DNA from: an uncultured Bacilli bacterium
Lineage (GTDB): Bacteria; Bacillota_I; Bacilli_A; RF39; UBA660
DNA length: 64,000 nucleotides
Assembly (NCBI GenBank): GCA_944371325.1
Contig: CALVXO010000005.1
Span: forward strand, 6,441 to 70,440
Reading direction: 5' to 3'
The notes under the pieces were generated by a model, which worked only from the letters and a program-made list of their open reading frames with translations, had not been told where the DNA came from and did no database searches. Made by a program: the position numbers and the translations under genes. The number at the start of each line of letters is the position of its first letter. Within the stretch, counting starts at the first letter, position 1. Of this stretch, positions 1 through 8,854 are shown piece after piece.

Positions 1-184
1 TCATTTCTTCACTTGCACAATAATTATTTATTCCACCTAATATCATATTTGCTTCTGACCTACCAGCTGATATTCTTGCATCTTCTATTACGTTTAAAAT
101 AATAGGTGTTGCGATAAGTGCTACTATAGCAAGGATAATAATTACTGCTAGTAATTCAATAAGTGTAAAACCTAATTTTTTCAT
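1..184 (-). CDS. type IV pilin / pseudopilin (PilA/ComGC-like); N-terminal part only, the C-terminus runs off the window
   Basis: The reverse strand from the ATG at 182-184 reads MKKLGFTLIELLAVIIILAIVALIATPIILNVIEDARISAGRSEANMILGG. This is a prepilin class III signal (G|FTLIE) followed by a hydrophobic helix. SD GGGAG lies 6 nt upstream. The DNA is paralogous to 31452-31890 and 31987-32376. Confidence 0.8.
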   Translation of the reverse strand, partial: MKKLGFTLIELLAVIIILAIVALIATPIILNVIEDARISAGRSEANMILGGINNYCASEEM

Positions 185-294
185 ATTTTTCTCCCTTCTT
201 ATATTTGATAGTTCTACTACTTTAAATTAAGTATACATTATTTTTTGATAATTTACAAGACCTTAATTATATGTCGCGTGGAAATTTTTTATTT

Positions 295-325
295 TACAAA
301 AAAACTAAAATATTAAAATTTTAGT
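295..325 (-). terminator. weak AT-only hairpin plus U-tract after glyQS
   Basis: The minus strand reads ACTAAAAT-tttaat-ATTTTAGT followed by TTTTTTT. It overlaps the glyQS stop. The stem is almost entirely A-U, so the call is weak. Confidence 0.3.
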
Positions 326-1674
326 CTTTCATTAACATAATCTACTACTTCATCTAAACTAATAGTTATTTGCTCCATTGTATCTCTATCTCTTAATGTT
401 ACTGTGTTATTATTGATTGTTTCATCATCAATAGTTATACAATAAGGTGTACCTATAACATCATTTCTTCTATATCTTTTACCAATATTACCAGTTTCAT
501 CATAATTAGTCATAAAATGTTTAGACAATTTTTCGTAAACTTCTAAAGCTTTAGCAGAATGTATTTTTTTAATTAAAGGTAATACCGCTACTTTATATGG
601 CGCTAAGAAAGGAGATAAGCTTAAAACTTCACGAGTTGTGCCATCTTCTAATGTATCTTCATGGTATGCTGCAAACATAATTGCTAAAAAAGTCCTATCT
701 AATCCATATGTTGATTCAATAATATATGGAATGTACTTTTCATTTGTATCAGGATCTAAATAAGTTTGTGATTCTCCACTATATTCTTGATGTCTAGATA
801 AATCAAAATTAGTTCGATTATGAGTACCATTTATTTCTCCCCAACCAAATGGAAATCTATATTCAATATCACATGCTTCTTTAGCGTAATGTGCCAATTT
901 TTCATGATCATGAAATCTCAAATCTTCTTCTTTTAATCCTAAATCCATAAAGAATTTTTTACCATATTCTTTAAAATATGCATATAACTTAGAATCGTCA
1001 CCTTCTTTACAAAAAGTTTGAAATTCCATTTGTTCAAATTCGATTGTTCTAAAAGTAAAATTACCTGGAGTTATTTCATTTCTAAATGCTTTACCTATTT
1101 GTCCAATTGAGAAAGGTAATTTAGCACGCATACTTCTTTGAACATTTAAAAAGTTTACATATTCTCCTTGCGCATTTTCCGGTCTTAAGTATACTACTGA
1201 TTTAGCATCATTAGTAACTCCTCTATATGTTTGAAACATTAAATTAAATTGTCTAATGTCAGTAAAATTAGATTTACCACATTTTGGACAAGGAACTTTA
1301 TGTTCCTTTATATAATTTACCATTTCTTCTTGAGTCATTCCATCAGCGTGAGCATTAGGATCAAAATCATCAATTAAATTATCAGCACGATGTCTACTTT
1401 TACATTCTTTACAATCTAATAAAGGGTCTGAAAAAGAACTGACATGACCAGATGCCTCCCAAACTCTTGGATGCATTAAAATATCTGCATCTATTTCATA
1501 ACTGTTTTTTCTTTCTTGAATAAATCTTTTTCTCCAAGCATCTTTAATATTATTTTTTAATCTTGCACCTAATGGTCCATAATCCCAAGTGTTAGCTAAG
1601 CCTCCATATATTTCACTACCTTGAAATATAAATCCATATTGTTTACACAAATTTACCATTTTTTCCATTGTCAT
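313..1674 (-). CDS. glyQS: glycine--tRNA ligase (single-chain class II GlyRS)
   Basis: Contains the GlyRS motifs FQGSEIYGGLANTWDYGPLG and RPENAQG, and has typical length. I place the start at MTMEKM (ATG 1672-1674), with SD GGAGGAGA 6 nt upstream. The longer track ORF reaching 1728 has no SD. Confidence 0.95.
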   Translation of the reverse strand: MTMEKMVNLCKQYGFIFQGSEIYGGLANTWDYGPLGARLKNNIKDAWRKRFIQERKNSYEIDADILMHPRVWEASGHVSSFSDPLLDCKECKSRHRADNLIDDFDPNAHADGMTQEEMVNYIKEHKVPCPKCGKSNFTDIRQFNLMFQTYRGVTNDAKSVVYLRPENAQGEYVNFLNVQRSMRAKLPFSIGQIGKAFRNEITPGNFTFRTIEFEQMEFQTFCKEGDDSKLYAYFKEYGKKFFMDLGLKEEDLRFHDHEKLAHYAKEACDIEYRFPFGWGEINGTHNRTNFDLSRHQEYSGESQTYLDPDTNEKYIPYIIESTYGLDRTFLAIMFAAYHEDTLEDGTTREVLSLSPFLAPYKVAVLPLIKKIHSAKALEVYEKLSKHFMTNYDETGNIGKRYRRNDVIGTPYCITIDDETINNNTVTLRDRDTMEQITISLDEVVDYVNERLKF

Positions 1675-1687
1675 AAATAATCTCCTC

Positions 1688-2119
1688 CTAAGAAATAAAA
1701 TGTGTTCTTGTATATATTTTTGAATCATAAGGGCCTATATGGTCCTTACCATTTGATAATACTTCAATATATTTTGAATAAAAATTATAAAAATACCAAA
1801 CAAATCTATTCATTGCAACCAATTCTTCTTGAGAAAAATCTAAATAAAATTTAGGGCTTATTTCATCATAAGTAAAATTATCTTTCAAGCAAAATTTTTT
1901 CTTAATTGTTTCATAAGAATCATTAAATTCTTTATATTTTATTAAGCATGCACCATTTTTTCGTTGCATCATTTTATCTATTAGTACTTCTTCATCATAA
2001 GAAAAGACATAATTCAAAACAAAAGCATACAATAAACTATACATTTCAGTATTTATAGTTATTTCTTTTCCATATAAGTAATAACCTAACTTTATTAAAA
2101 ATAGCATTCTATATTTCAT
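1688..2119 (-). CDS. hypothetical 143-aa protein, first gene behind the T-box leader
   Basis: A 143-codon ORF is unlikely by chance in stop-rich AT DNA. SD AGGGGG lies 5 nt before the ATG at 2117-2119. Its stop abuts the glyQS SD. I recognise no family. Confidence 0.5.
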   Translation of the reverse strand: MKYRMLFLIKLGYYLYGKEITINTEMYSLLYAFVLNYVFSYDEEVLIDKMMQRKNGACLIKYKEFNDSYETIKKKFCLKDNFTYDEISPKFYLDFSQEELVAMNRFVWYFYNFYSKYIEVLSNGKDHIGPYDSKIYTRTHFIS

Positions 2120-2124
2120 ATTAT

Positions 2125-2255
2125 CCCCCTATAAATAAAAAACTATTAGAAAATTATAAGGACGCATTACCGTGGTTCCACCTTACTTATTCTAATAGAA
2201 TCGCTTTTTTAATATATTGCTCTAAAGTTTCCAACCTTTGTCATCGCATTGATAC
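2125..2255 (-). promoter_or_regulatory. T-box leader RNA, glycine-type, unusually short (~134 nt)
   Basis: The minus strand contains AAGGUGGAACCACG, which matches the T-box consensus GGGUGGNACCGCG. It folds as a textbook antiterminator: AAGG / bulge UGGAACC / ACG-GUAAUG-CGU / CCUU. The bulge UGGA fits the U discriminator of tRNA-Gly. Upstream is a K-turn-like UGC-GAUGA...AGA-GCA closing a 4-bp stem whose loop GUUGGAAA carries GGA followed by A. Confidence 0.6.
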
Positions 2256-2259
2256 AATT

Positions 2260-2288
2260 ATTTTATTACAATAAATATTTTTAGTCAA
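2260..2288 (-). promoter_or_regulatory. sigma-A-type promoter for the T-box/ORF/glyQS operon
   Basis: The minus strand reads TTGACT (2283-2288), a 17-nt spacer, then TAAAAT (2260-2265). It lies immediately upstream of the T-box Stem I. Confidence 0.55.
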
Positions 2289-3668
2289 CTATTTTTTTAA
2301 CATTTTAACAACAAAACTTTTTTTTCTAATTAAAACTTCTCCATCATTTTTAGAATTTATATTTGTATATACTGTATTAGCTAAAGTATAAGTATTTCCT
2401 GTTCCTAAAACAAAATTGCTCTTATTAAATACTGGGTCTATAACTATAAAAGGTACTTTCATAGAAAAATCAACATATGCTTTAGTAAAATTATCAATTT
2501 CTAATTCTTTTTGCATTCCATATAAAGAAGATATAAATAACGTTGTTCTAGTTTCAACACAAAAATCGTGAACCACTTTAAGCATACTATCTAATTTAGA
2601 TAATTTATCATTTAATTCAGAAACACTTTTCACATTATCTATAGGAAAGTTAATAATTATTAAATCATAATTTGAATCTCTAATTATTGATTTTAATAAA
2701 GCAGGATTGATGCCATCATCAGTTTTGGAAAAACAAATATTATCTGATACTTCATTTTTTAAGCCATTACAATAATAATTTATTTCTTTTATATTTTCAC
2801 TATTAGATAAAATTAATGTTTTCGCTTCTATCTTCTTTAAAGAATTATTCATAGATATTCCTGAAGAAGGATATGCAAACATAGGATATTTTACTCCATT
2901 CATTTGAAATAATGAACAGTAATCATTTATATTATTTACTTTACTAATATATGAAATAAAATTAGAAACATCAAAAAATTCATAATTAAAGAAAAATATA
3001 CTGTCATTAACATCAAATTTAAAACCTTCATTCATATAAAATTCTTTAACATCTTTCGGTTGTACTTTTGAAGTAGTTAAATAACTTATCTTTTTAGTTA
3101 TCTCTTTCCATTTTTCTCCTACTTCGTTTTGAAACAAATTCATAAGTGAAGTTAAATTTAGAGCTGTCAAAGAATTAATTCCTAAAATCATACCAATTTT
3201 AATATCTTTATGGTCATAACTTATTTTATTTATTATTTTTTCAATTTCTTTATAATTATTTGTATTATAAGATGTTAAGACTAAATGTAGATAAATTTTA
3301 GAATTTTTTTGTTTAATAAAATCACAAAATTTTCTAATATGATCTAAACTTTTTTCATTTTCACAAAACAAAAACAATTGAACTTTTCCTTCTGGTCTTA
3401 TACTATTAACATAAAAATTTAAATTTTTATTTTCATTAAATTTATTATAATAATTATCTATTAAGGAATAAGTTAAAGGTAAATCAGATCCAGTACTAAA
3501 CATACGATATCCACTAGTCAAATTATAAGCTTTTGATTCAATTTGTGTAAATAAATAATTTTTAGTATATGAATCTAAATTAGGCATTAGTTTAGCATTA
3601 TATATATTATATGAATCTAATTGTTCAATTCCAAAACCATTCATTAAAAATAAAACTGTTTTCTTCAT
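2289..3668 (-). CDS. cofactor-independent phosphoglycerate mutase (iPGM)-like protein, divergent and possibly non-catalytic
   Basis: The N-terminus MKKTVLFLMNGFG parallels iPGM MKKPxALIILDGFG. Collinear blocks follow (LFLFCENEKSLDH vs LHLxGLLSDGGVHSH; IYLHLVLTSYNT vs VYIHGFLDGRDV). By eye, several metal or catalytic positions are substituted. Confidence 0.5.
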   Translation of the reverse strand: MKKTVLFLMNGFGIEQLDSYNIYNAKLMPNLDSYTKNYLFTQIESKAYNLTSGYRMFSTGSDLPLTYSLIDNYYNKFNENKNLNFYVNSIRPEGKVQLFLFCENEKSLDHIRKFCDFIKQKNSKIYLHLVLTSYNTNNYKEIEKIINKISYDHKDIKIGMILGINSLTALNLTSLMNLFQNEVGEKWKEITKKISYLTTSKVQPKDVKEFYMNEGFKFDVNDSIFFFNYEFFDVSNFISYISKVNNINDYCSLFQMNGVKYPMFAYPSSGISMNNSLKKIEAKTLILSNSENIKEINYYCNGLKNEVSDNICFSKTDDGINPALLKSIIRDSNYDLIIINFPIDNVKSVSELNDKLSKLDSMLKVVHDFCVETRTTLFISSLYGMQKELEIDNFTKAYVDFSMKVPFIVIDPVFNKSNFVLGTGNTYTLANTVYTNINSKNDGEVLIRKKSFVVKMLKK

Positions 3669-3829
3669 TTTTCATCCCTCATATTCTAATAAACATTATA
3701 CCTTATTTTTCTTTTTTTATCAATAATAAAATTAAAAATATATGTGTTTTAGTTAGAATTGTAGTAATTAGAGTTCTATCAAAGTCTATTAAAATAGACT
3801 TGATTTTTCGCTATATTTTTAAAATTAAG

Positions 3830-3858
3830 TTGCCTACAAATCTCAAATATGATATAAT
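3830..3858 (+). promoter_or_regulatory. sigma-A-type promoter with extended -10
   Basis: TTGCCT (3830-3835), a 17-nt spacer, then TGaTATAAT (-10 at 3853-3858). It lies 20 nt upstream of the ATG at 3878. Confidence 0.5.
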
Positions 3859-3877
3859 TAGTCTAGGAGGTAATTTT

Positions 3878-4390
3878 ATGTATATTTCAGAAAAAATACT
3901 TGAAAAAGATAATGAAATAATTGGAAAAAAAACACCTAGATATCTTATTGGAAATTTTTATGGTCCTTCTAGATTTGATGAAGATATTAAAGCATTTTCC
4001 ATTTTTGGAGATTTTGATGGGCTTAAAAATGTTACTGCTACTGGATTATTTAGTACTAAATATGGCATATTTGTAAAGCCATCTATCAATATTCGTGTTA
4101 AAGAGGGAGATATTGCTAGAAAAATTGATATTTTTATTTTAGGAAAAATACAAATTAAACCAGAGTGTGAAAATCTTGAAGGTCCGCTTGGACCAGGTGC
4201 CTATTACTTTCCAAATTCCAAAAAAATTGATAACATTAGTTATGTTGAAGCAGAAGAGGTATTAAAATATGTTATAAATAAATCTAATGGCAAAGAAATC
4301 ATACCGATATCTGTCGATGAAATGTACTCTGTTATTGAAAACATTAGAAAACAAGAATTTGAGAATAATCAAACACATAAAACAAAATAA
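3878..4390 (+). CDS. hypothetical 170-aa protein
   Basis: The ATG at 3878 is preceded by SD AGGAGG. The longer track ORF starting at 3611 is hydrophobic low-complexity sequence antisense to the neighbouring gene and spans the promoter. No family recognised. Confidence 0.6.
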   Translation: MYISEKILEKDNEIIGKKTPRYLIGNFYGPSRFDEDIKAFSIFGDFDGLKNVTATGLFSTKYGIFVKPSINIRVKEGDIARKIDIFILGKIQIKPECENLEGPLGPGAYYFPNSKKIDNISYVEAEEVLKYVINKSNGKEIIPISVDEMYSVIENIRKQEFENNQTHKTK

Positions 4391-4396
4391 TAACAT

Positions 4397-4434
4397 AAAA
4401 AAAGACAAGTAAAATTTTATATTTGTCTTTTTTT
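4397..4434. terminator. bidirectional hairpin terminator between convergent genes
   Basis: AAAGACAA (4401-4408) pairs with TTGTCTTT (4423-4430). An A-run lies on the left and a T-run on the right. Confidence 0.6.
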
Positions 4435-4441
4435 GTACAAA

Positions 4442-6241
4442 TTATTGTTCAAATTGTGAATTATACAAATTAGCATAGAAACCATTTTTCTTTAATAATT
4501 CTTCATGATTTCCTTGCTCTACTATATCTCCATGGTTCATTACTAATATTAAATCAGCATCTCTAATAGTTGATAATCTATGAGCGATTATAAAAGATGT
4601 TCTTCCTTTCATTAATTCATCCATTGCTTTTTGAATTAATATTTCTGTCCTTGTATCAACACTACTAGTTGCTTCATCTAATATCAATACTTTCGGATTA
4701 GCCAAAATAGCACGAGCAATAGTTAATAATTGTTTTTGCCCTTGAGATATGTTATTTGTTTCTTCATTTAATTCCATATTATAAGCATCTGGTAAAGTTT
4801 GAATAAAATGATGAACATGAGCTTTTTTAGCTGCTTCAATTATTTCATCATCAGTTGCATCTAGTTTACCATATCTTAAATTTTCCATAATGGTTCCTGA
4901 AAATAACCATGTATCTTGTAAAACCATACCAAAAATATGTCTTAAATCACTTCTTTTAAAATCATTAATATTGTTACCATCAATTAAAATAGCACCATCA
5001 TTAACATTGTAAAATCTCATAAGTAATTTAATCATTGTTGTTTTTCCTGCTCCAGTTGGTCCTACTATAGCAATTTTTTGACCTTTTTTAACTTTTGCAC
5101 TAAAGTCTTTAATTATTATTTGATCTTCATTGTAACCAAATTTAACATGATCAAATGTTACATTACCTTCAATATTACCTACTTTAAGAGGATTTTTAAC
5201 TTCTTTTTCTTCTGTCTCATCTAAGAATTCAAATACTCTTTCACTAGCAGCAATCATTGATTGAATCATATTAGATACTTGGGCTAATTGAGCAATTGGG
5301 TTAGTAAAGTTTTTAGTATAAGAAATAAATGATTGAATATTACCAACAGTAATTTTACCTAAAATAGTAAAATAACCACCTAATATTGCAATTGCAACAT
5401 AACCTAAATTGCCAATAAAATTCATAATTGGATGCATCATACCTGAAAAGAATTGACTCTTCCATCCAACATTACTTAAATAAGTATTATCTTTTTCAAA
5501 GTCTTTCAAAACTTTATTTTCAGCATTAAATACTTTAATAACGTTTTGTCCGGAATACATTTCTTCAATCTTACCATTAACATGACCTAAATATTCTTGT
5601 TGTTTAGCAAAATAATTTTGACTATGTTTAACAATAAACATTGTTATAAATGATGCAATTGGTAAAATTAATATAGCAACAATCGTCATTGTAACATTTA
5701 TTGATAACATCATTACTAATATACCAATAATAGTTGTAATAGATGTTATTAATTGAGTTGCACTCTGATTTAAACTTTGACTCATTGTATCAATATCATT
5801 AGTTATAATAGATAAAACTTCACCATGAGTCTTTTTATCAAAATAAGAAATAGGTAATTTATTTATTTTAATAGATACCTTTTTTCTTAATTCATATGTA
5901 TACTTTTGACTTATACCAGTCATTATAAATCCTTGAACATAAGAAAATAATGCACTTATAATATATAAAATTATTAAAAATATTAAAATAGAAGCAATCT
6001 TATTAAAATCAATACCAGTACCACCAGATAATTTACTAACAATTCCATTAAATAATTCCGTTGTAGCATTACCTAATATTTTAGGTCCTACTATTGAAAA
6101 TATAGTACTAGCAATAGCAAATATAAATATAACTATTAATTGTACTTTATATTTGCTCATACTCTTAAATAATTTTTTTAATGTTCCTTTAAAATCTTTG
6201 GCTTTTTCAACACTGCCTATTGCACCTGGACCTCTATTCAT
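4442..6241 (-). CDS. ABC exporter permease/ATPase half-transporter (consensus Walker B and H-loop, degenerate signature)
   Basis: Has a six-TM exporter domain followed by an NBD. Motifs: Walker A GPTGAGKTT, Walker B ILILDEATS, H-loop IIAHRLS. The signature reads ISQGQKQ instead of LSGGQ. Confidence 0.9.
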   Translation of the reverse strand: MNRGPGAIGSVEKAKDFKGTLKKLFKSMSKYKVQLIVIFIFAIASTIFSIVGPKILGNATTELFNGIVSKLSGGTGIDFNKIASILIFLIILYIISALFSYVQGFIMTGISQKYTYELRKKVSIKINKLPISYFDKKTHGEVLSIITNDIDTMSQSLNQSATQLITSITTIIGILVMMLSINVTMTIVAILILPIASFITMFIVKHSQNYFAKQQEYLGHVNGKIEEMYSGQNVIKVFNAENKVLKDFEKDNTYLSNVGWKSQFFSGMMHPIMNFIGNLGYVAIAILGGYFTILGKITVGNIQSFISYTKNFTNPIAQLAQVSNMIQSMIAASERVFEFLDETEEKEVKNPLKVGNIEGNVTFDHVKFGYNEDQIIIKDFSAKVKKGQKIAIVGPTGAGKTTMIKLLMRFYNVNDGAILIDGNNINDFKRSDLRHIFGMVLQDTWLFSGTIMENLRYGKLDATDDEIIEAAKKAHVHHFIQTLPDAYNMELNEETNNISQGQKQLLTIARAILANPKVLILDEATSSVDTRTEILIQKAMDELMKGRTSFIIAHRLSTIRDADLILVMNHGDIVEQGNHEELLKKNGFYANLYNSQFEQ

Positions 6242-8414
6242 TTTCTAACTCCTCCTTTGATAATTGTGAGTAAGCTATTTCTTTATAAATAACACAATTT
6301 TTTAATAAATCTTTATGTTTACCAATTCCTACTATATGGCCTTTATCTAAAACAATAATTTGATCAGCATTCATAACAGTACTTATTCTTTGAGCGACAA
6401 TAAATATAGTAGAATCTTTAGTTACTTTACTTAATTCTTTTCTTAATTTAGCATCTGTTTTATAATCTAATGCTGAAAAACTATCATCAAAAATATATAT
6501 TTCAGGATTTGTAGCAATGGCTCTTGCAATAGCAAGTCTTTGTCTTTGACCACCTGATACATTAGTACCACCTTGTGATATAGCAGTTTCATATTTATCT
6601 TTTTTATCATTGATAAATTCTAAAGATTGACTTATCTCTGCAGCTTTTTTAATTACTTCATCATCTTTTTTATGTAATCCAAAAGCAATATTTGATTCAA
6701 TAGTACCTGTAAACAATATTCCTTTTTGTGGTACATAACCAATTTTATCTCTTAATTCTTTGATATTAGCGTCTCTTATATCAATTCCGTCGATTAAAAT
6801 TTTACCGCCTGTAACATCAAAAAATCTTGGAATTAAATTTATTAATGTTGATTTACCTGAACCAGTTGATCCTATAAAGGCTGTAGTTGTTCCTTTAATT
6901 GCCTTAAAACTAATATTTTGTAAAACATCTTCTTCAGCATCAGGATATCTAAAATAAACATCTTTAAATTCAACTGTACCTTTTAAATTATTATTAAATT
7001 TTAAACATTTTTCTTTTTGTTTAATTGAAGTATCTTTATCTAATACTTCCCCTATTCTTTCCATTGAAACAAATGCACGAGGCACCATAATTGAAACCAT
7101 TGAAATCATTAAAAATGACATAATTATTTGCATAGTATAAGTAATAAATGCTAATAAAGTACCAACTTGAATTGTACCAGCATCTATTTTACTAGCACCT
7201 ACCCAAACAATTAAAACACTAACACCATTCATAATAAACATCATAGTTGGCATCATAATTGTCATTGTTCTATTTACAAATAAATTTACTTTCATTAAAT
7301 CTTTATTGGCTTTATCAAATCTTTCTTCTTCATGTTTTTCAGTACCAAAAGCTCTTATAACTTGAATACCTGATAATATTTCTCTAGCCACTAAATTTAC
7401 TCTATCAATTAACTTTTGAACTTTATTAAATTTAGACATAGTAATACTAAATAATATAATTACAAAACTTATAATTACTAATACAGCTAAACCGATTATC
7501 CAACTCATTTCATTACCACTAACTTTAGTTAAAGCACCTATTCCCATGATTGGAGCAAAGAATACTATTCTAAGTAACATAACAACTAACATTTGAACTT
7601 GTTGAATATCATTAGTACTTCTAGTAATTAAAGATGCAGTTGAAAAACTTTCAAATTCTTTATTTGAATAAGTCATAACTTTATTAACTACTTGACTTCT
7701 TAAATCTCTACTAAAGAAAGCTGCAATACGACTTGATAAAAATACTGTTACGATAGTTAATACCATAGCAGCTAAAGCAACAGCTAACATTTTAACTCCT
7801 GTTTTTGCAATATAACTAATTTGTAAATTAGATACATCAATACCAATTTCGGTATATTCATTTTTTAAATAAACTGTAGCCATTTGTTCTAATAAACTAA
7901 CTTTTTCATTAGAATAATTCTCTTTTAATTTATTTAAAAATTGACTATGAGTTTCTTCGTCCATATTTTTTAAAACATCAAAAATAGTCATACCTTCAGG
8001 AATATTTAATTCTGGTATTTCAATTGTGTTGTTAGAAAAACTATATACCATTATAATCGGTAAAGTCATTATATCATTTAACTCATCATCACCAGTTAAA
8101 ACATATAAATTTTCTTCATTTAATAATGGATATTTTTCTAAATACTCCGTATCATCTTTTGTTATTAAAGTATAGTTACTATTAATAATTTCTTTATCTT
8201 CATTATTTACAAATAACAATAATTTTTCATATTCACTTTCTCTAATTACATCTGGTACTGAAGATTCAATACCACTTTGTTGAATACCAATATTTACTAT
8301 ATCAGAAGTATATTCTGGTAAACTTAAATCACACATTGCTTGCATAAAAAGTAATACAAATACCAATATTATTTGAAAACTATAATTTTTTAATGTTTTT
8401 AATACATGTTTCAT
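6234..8414 (-). CDS. ABC exporter half-transporter with degenerate ATP site and ~170-aa extracytoplasmic insert
   Basis: Walker A is GSTGSGKST and the signature VSGGQRQR. Walker B is IYIFDDSFS (Asp in place of the catalytic Glu) and the H-loop is AQR instead of AHR. A long non-hydrophobic segment sits between TM1 (aa ~12-30) and TM2 (aa ~205). Overlaps the partner gene by 8 nt. Confidence 0.9.
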   Translation of the reverse strand: MKHVLKTLKNYSFQIILVFVLLFMQAMCDLSLPEYTSDIVNIGIQQSGIESSVPDVIRESEYEKLLLFVNNEDKEIINSNYTLITKDDTEYLEKYPLLNEENLYVLTGDDELNDIMTLPIIMVYSFSNNTIEIPELNIPEGMTIFDVLKNMDEETHSQFLNKLKENYSNEKVSLLEQMATVYLKNEYTEIGIDVSNLQISYIAKTGVKMLAVALAAMVLTIVTVFLSSRIAAFFSRDLRSQVVNKVMTYSNKEFESFSTASLITRSTNDIQQVQMLVVMLLRIVFFAPIMGIGALTKVSGNEMSWIIGLAVLVIISFVIILFSITMSKFNKVQKLIDRVNLVAREILSGIQVIRAFGTEKHEEERFDKANKDLMKVNLFVNRTMTIMMPTMMFIMNGVSVLIVWVGASKIDAGTIQVGTLLAFITYTMQIIMSFLMISMVSIMVPRAFVSMERIGEVLDKDTSIKQKEKCLKFNNNLKGTVEFKDVYFRYPDAEEDVLQNISFKAIKGTTTAFIGSTGSGKSTLINLIPRFFDVTGGKILIDGIDIRDANIKELRDKIGYVPQKGILFTGTIESNIAFGLHKKDDEVIKKAAEISQSLEFINDKKDKYETAISQGGTNVSGGQRQRLAIARAIATNPEIYIFDDSFSALDYKTDAKLRKELSKVTKDSTIFIVAQRISTVMNADQIIVLDKGHIVGIGKHKDLLKNCVIYKEIAYSQLSKEELENE

Positions 8415-8839
8415 TTTATTCCTCCTTGTAAATTATTAAATACTTTTTTTAAAACTTCCTTAAAAATATTTAATTCTTCTTTTGATATGCCTGCTATTAA
8501 TTCTTTTTCTAATTGTTTTGCTTCATTTCGCATTTCATTTATTAAAGATATACTCTTTTCTGTTAAATGAATTTCTTTATTTCTAGCATCTTTTAAACTA
8601 ACAGTACGTTTAATAAAATCTTTATTTTCTAATCTATTTAAAATACCATTGACTGTCGGATTAGTCAACTCAAACTTTCTTTCAATATCTCTTTGATTTA
8701 CTATTTCCTTATTTTTGTATAAATAAATTAGTATACTTGCCTGACTATTAGTTAAATCAATTTTTTCTAATTTTTTATTCATATTTTTTTCCATTATCTG
8801 AAAAATCTTTTTAAAATAAAAGCCAATATGTCGATCCAT
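8411..8839 (-). CDS. MarR-family transcriptional regulator
   Basis: Shows a winged-helix pattern (LTNSQASILIYL...VNQRDIERKFELTNPTVNGILNRLENKDFIKR). SD is GGGGATGA. Overlaps the ABC gene by 4 nt, so it forms a marR-ABC-ABC operon. Confidence 0.85.
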   Translation of the reverse strand: MDRHIGFYFKKIFQIMEKNMNKKLEKIDLTNSQASILIYLYKNKEIVNQRDIERKFELTNPTVNGILNRLENKDFIKRTVSLKDARNKEIHLTEKSISLINEMRNEAKQLEKELIAGISKEELNIFKEVLKKVFNNLQGGIK

Positions 8840-8854
8840 TTAATCATCCCCAAT

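Noticed and set aside
1675-1728. Upstream extension of the glyQS ORF (MIQKYIQEHILFLRRRLF)
   Set aside because: It overlaps the end of the 143-aa ORF. The conserved GlyRS N-terminus begins at MTMEKM, which is preceded by GGAGGAGA.
2170-2186. GGTGGAACCACGG (minus strand) considered as a tRNA T-arm or acceptor fragment
   Set aside because: No cloverleaf can be built around it. The flanks fit a T-box antiterminator exactly. I found no tRNA or rRNA genes anywhere in the window.
3611-3877. The N-terminal 89 codons of the track ORF 3611-4390
   Set aside because: The segment is hydrophobic, low-complexity sequence. It is antisense to the start of the 2289-3668 gene and has no SD. A good promoter (3830-3858) and SD precede the internal ATG at 3878.
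6760-6957. 65-aa plus-strand ORF inside the ABC transporter gene
   Set aside because: It is antisense to a strongly conserved NBD region and has no SD. It is the typical shadow ORF of AT-rich DNA.
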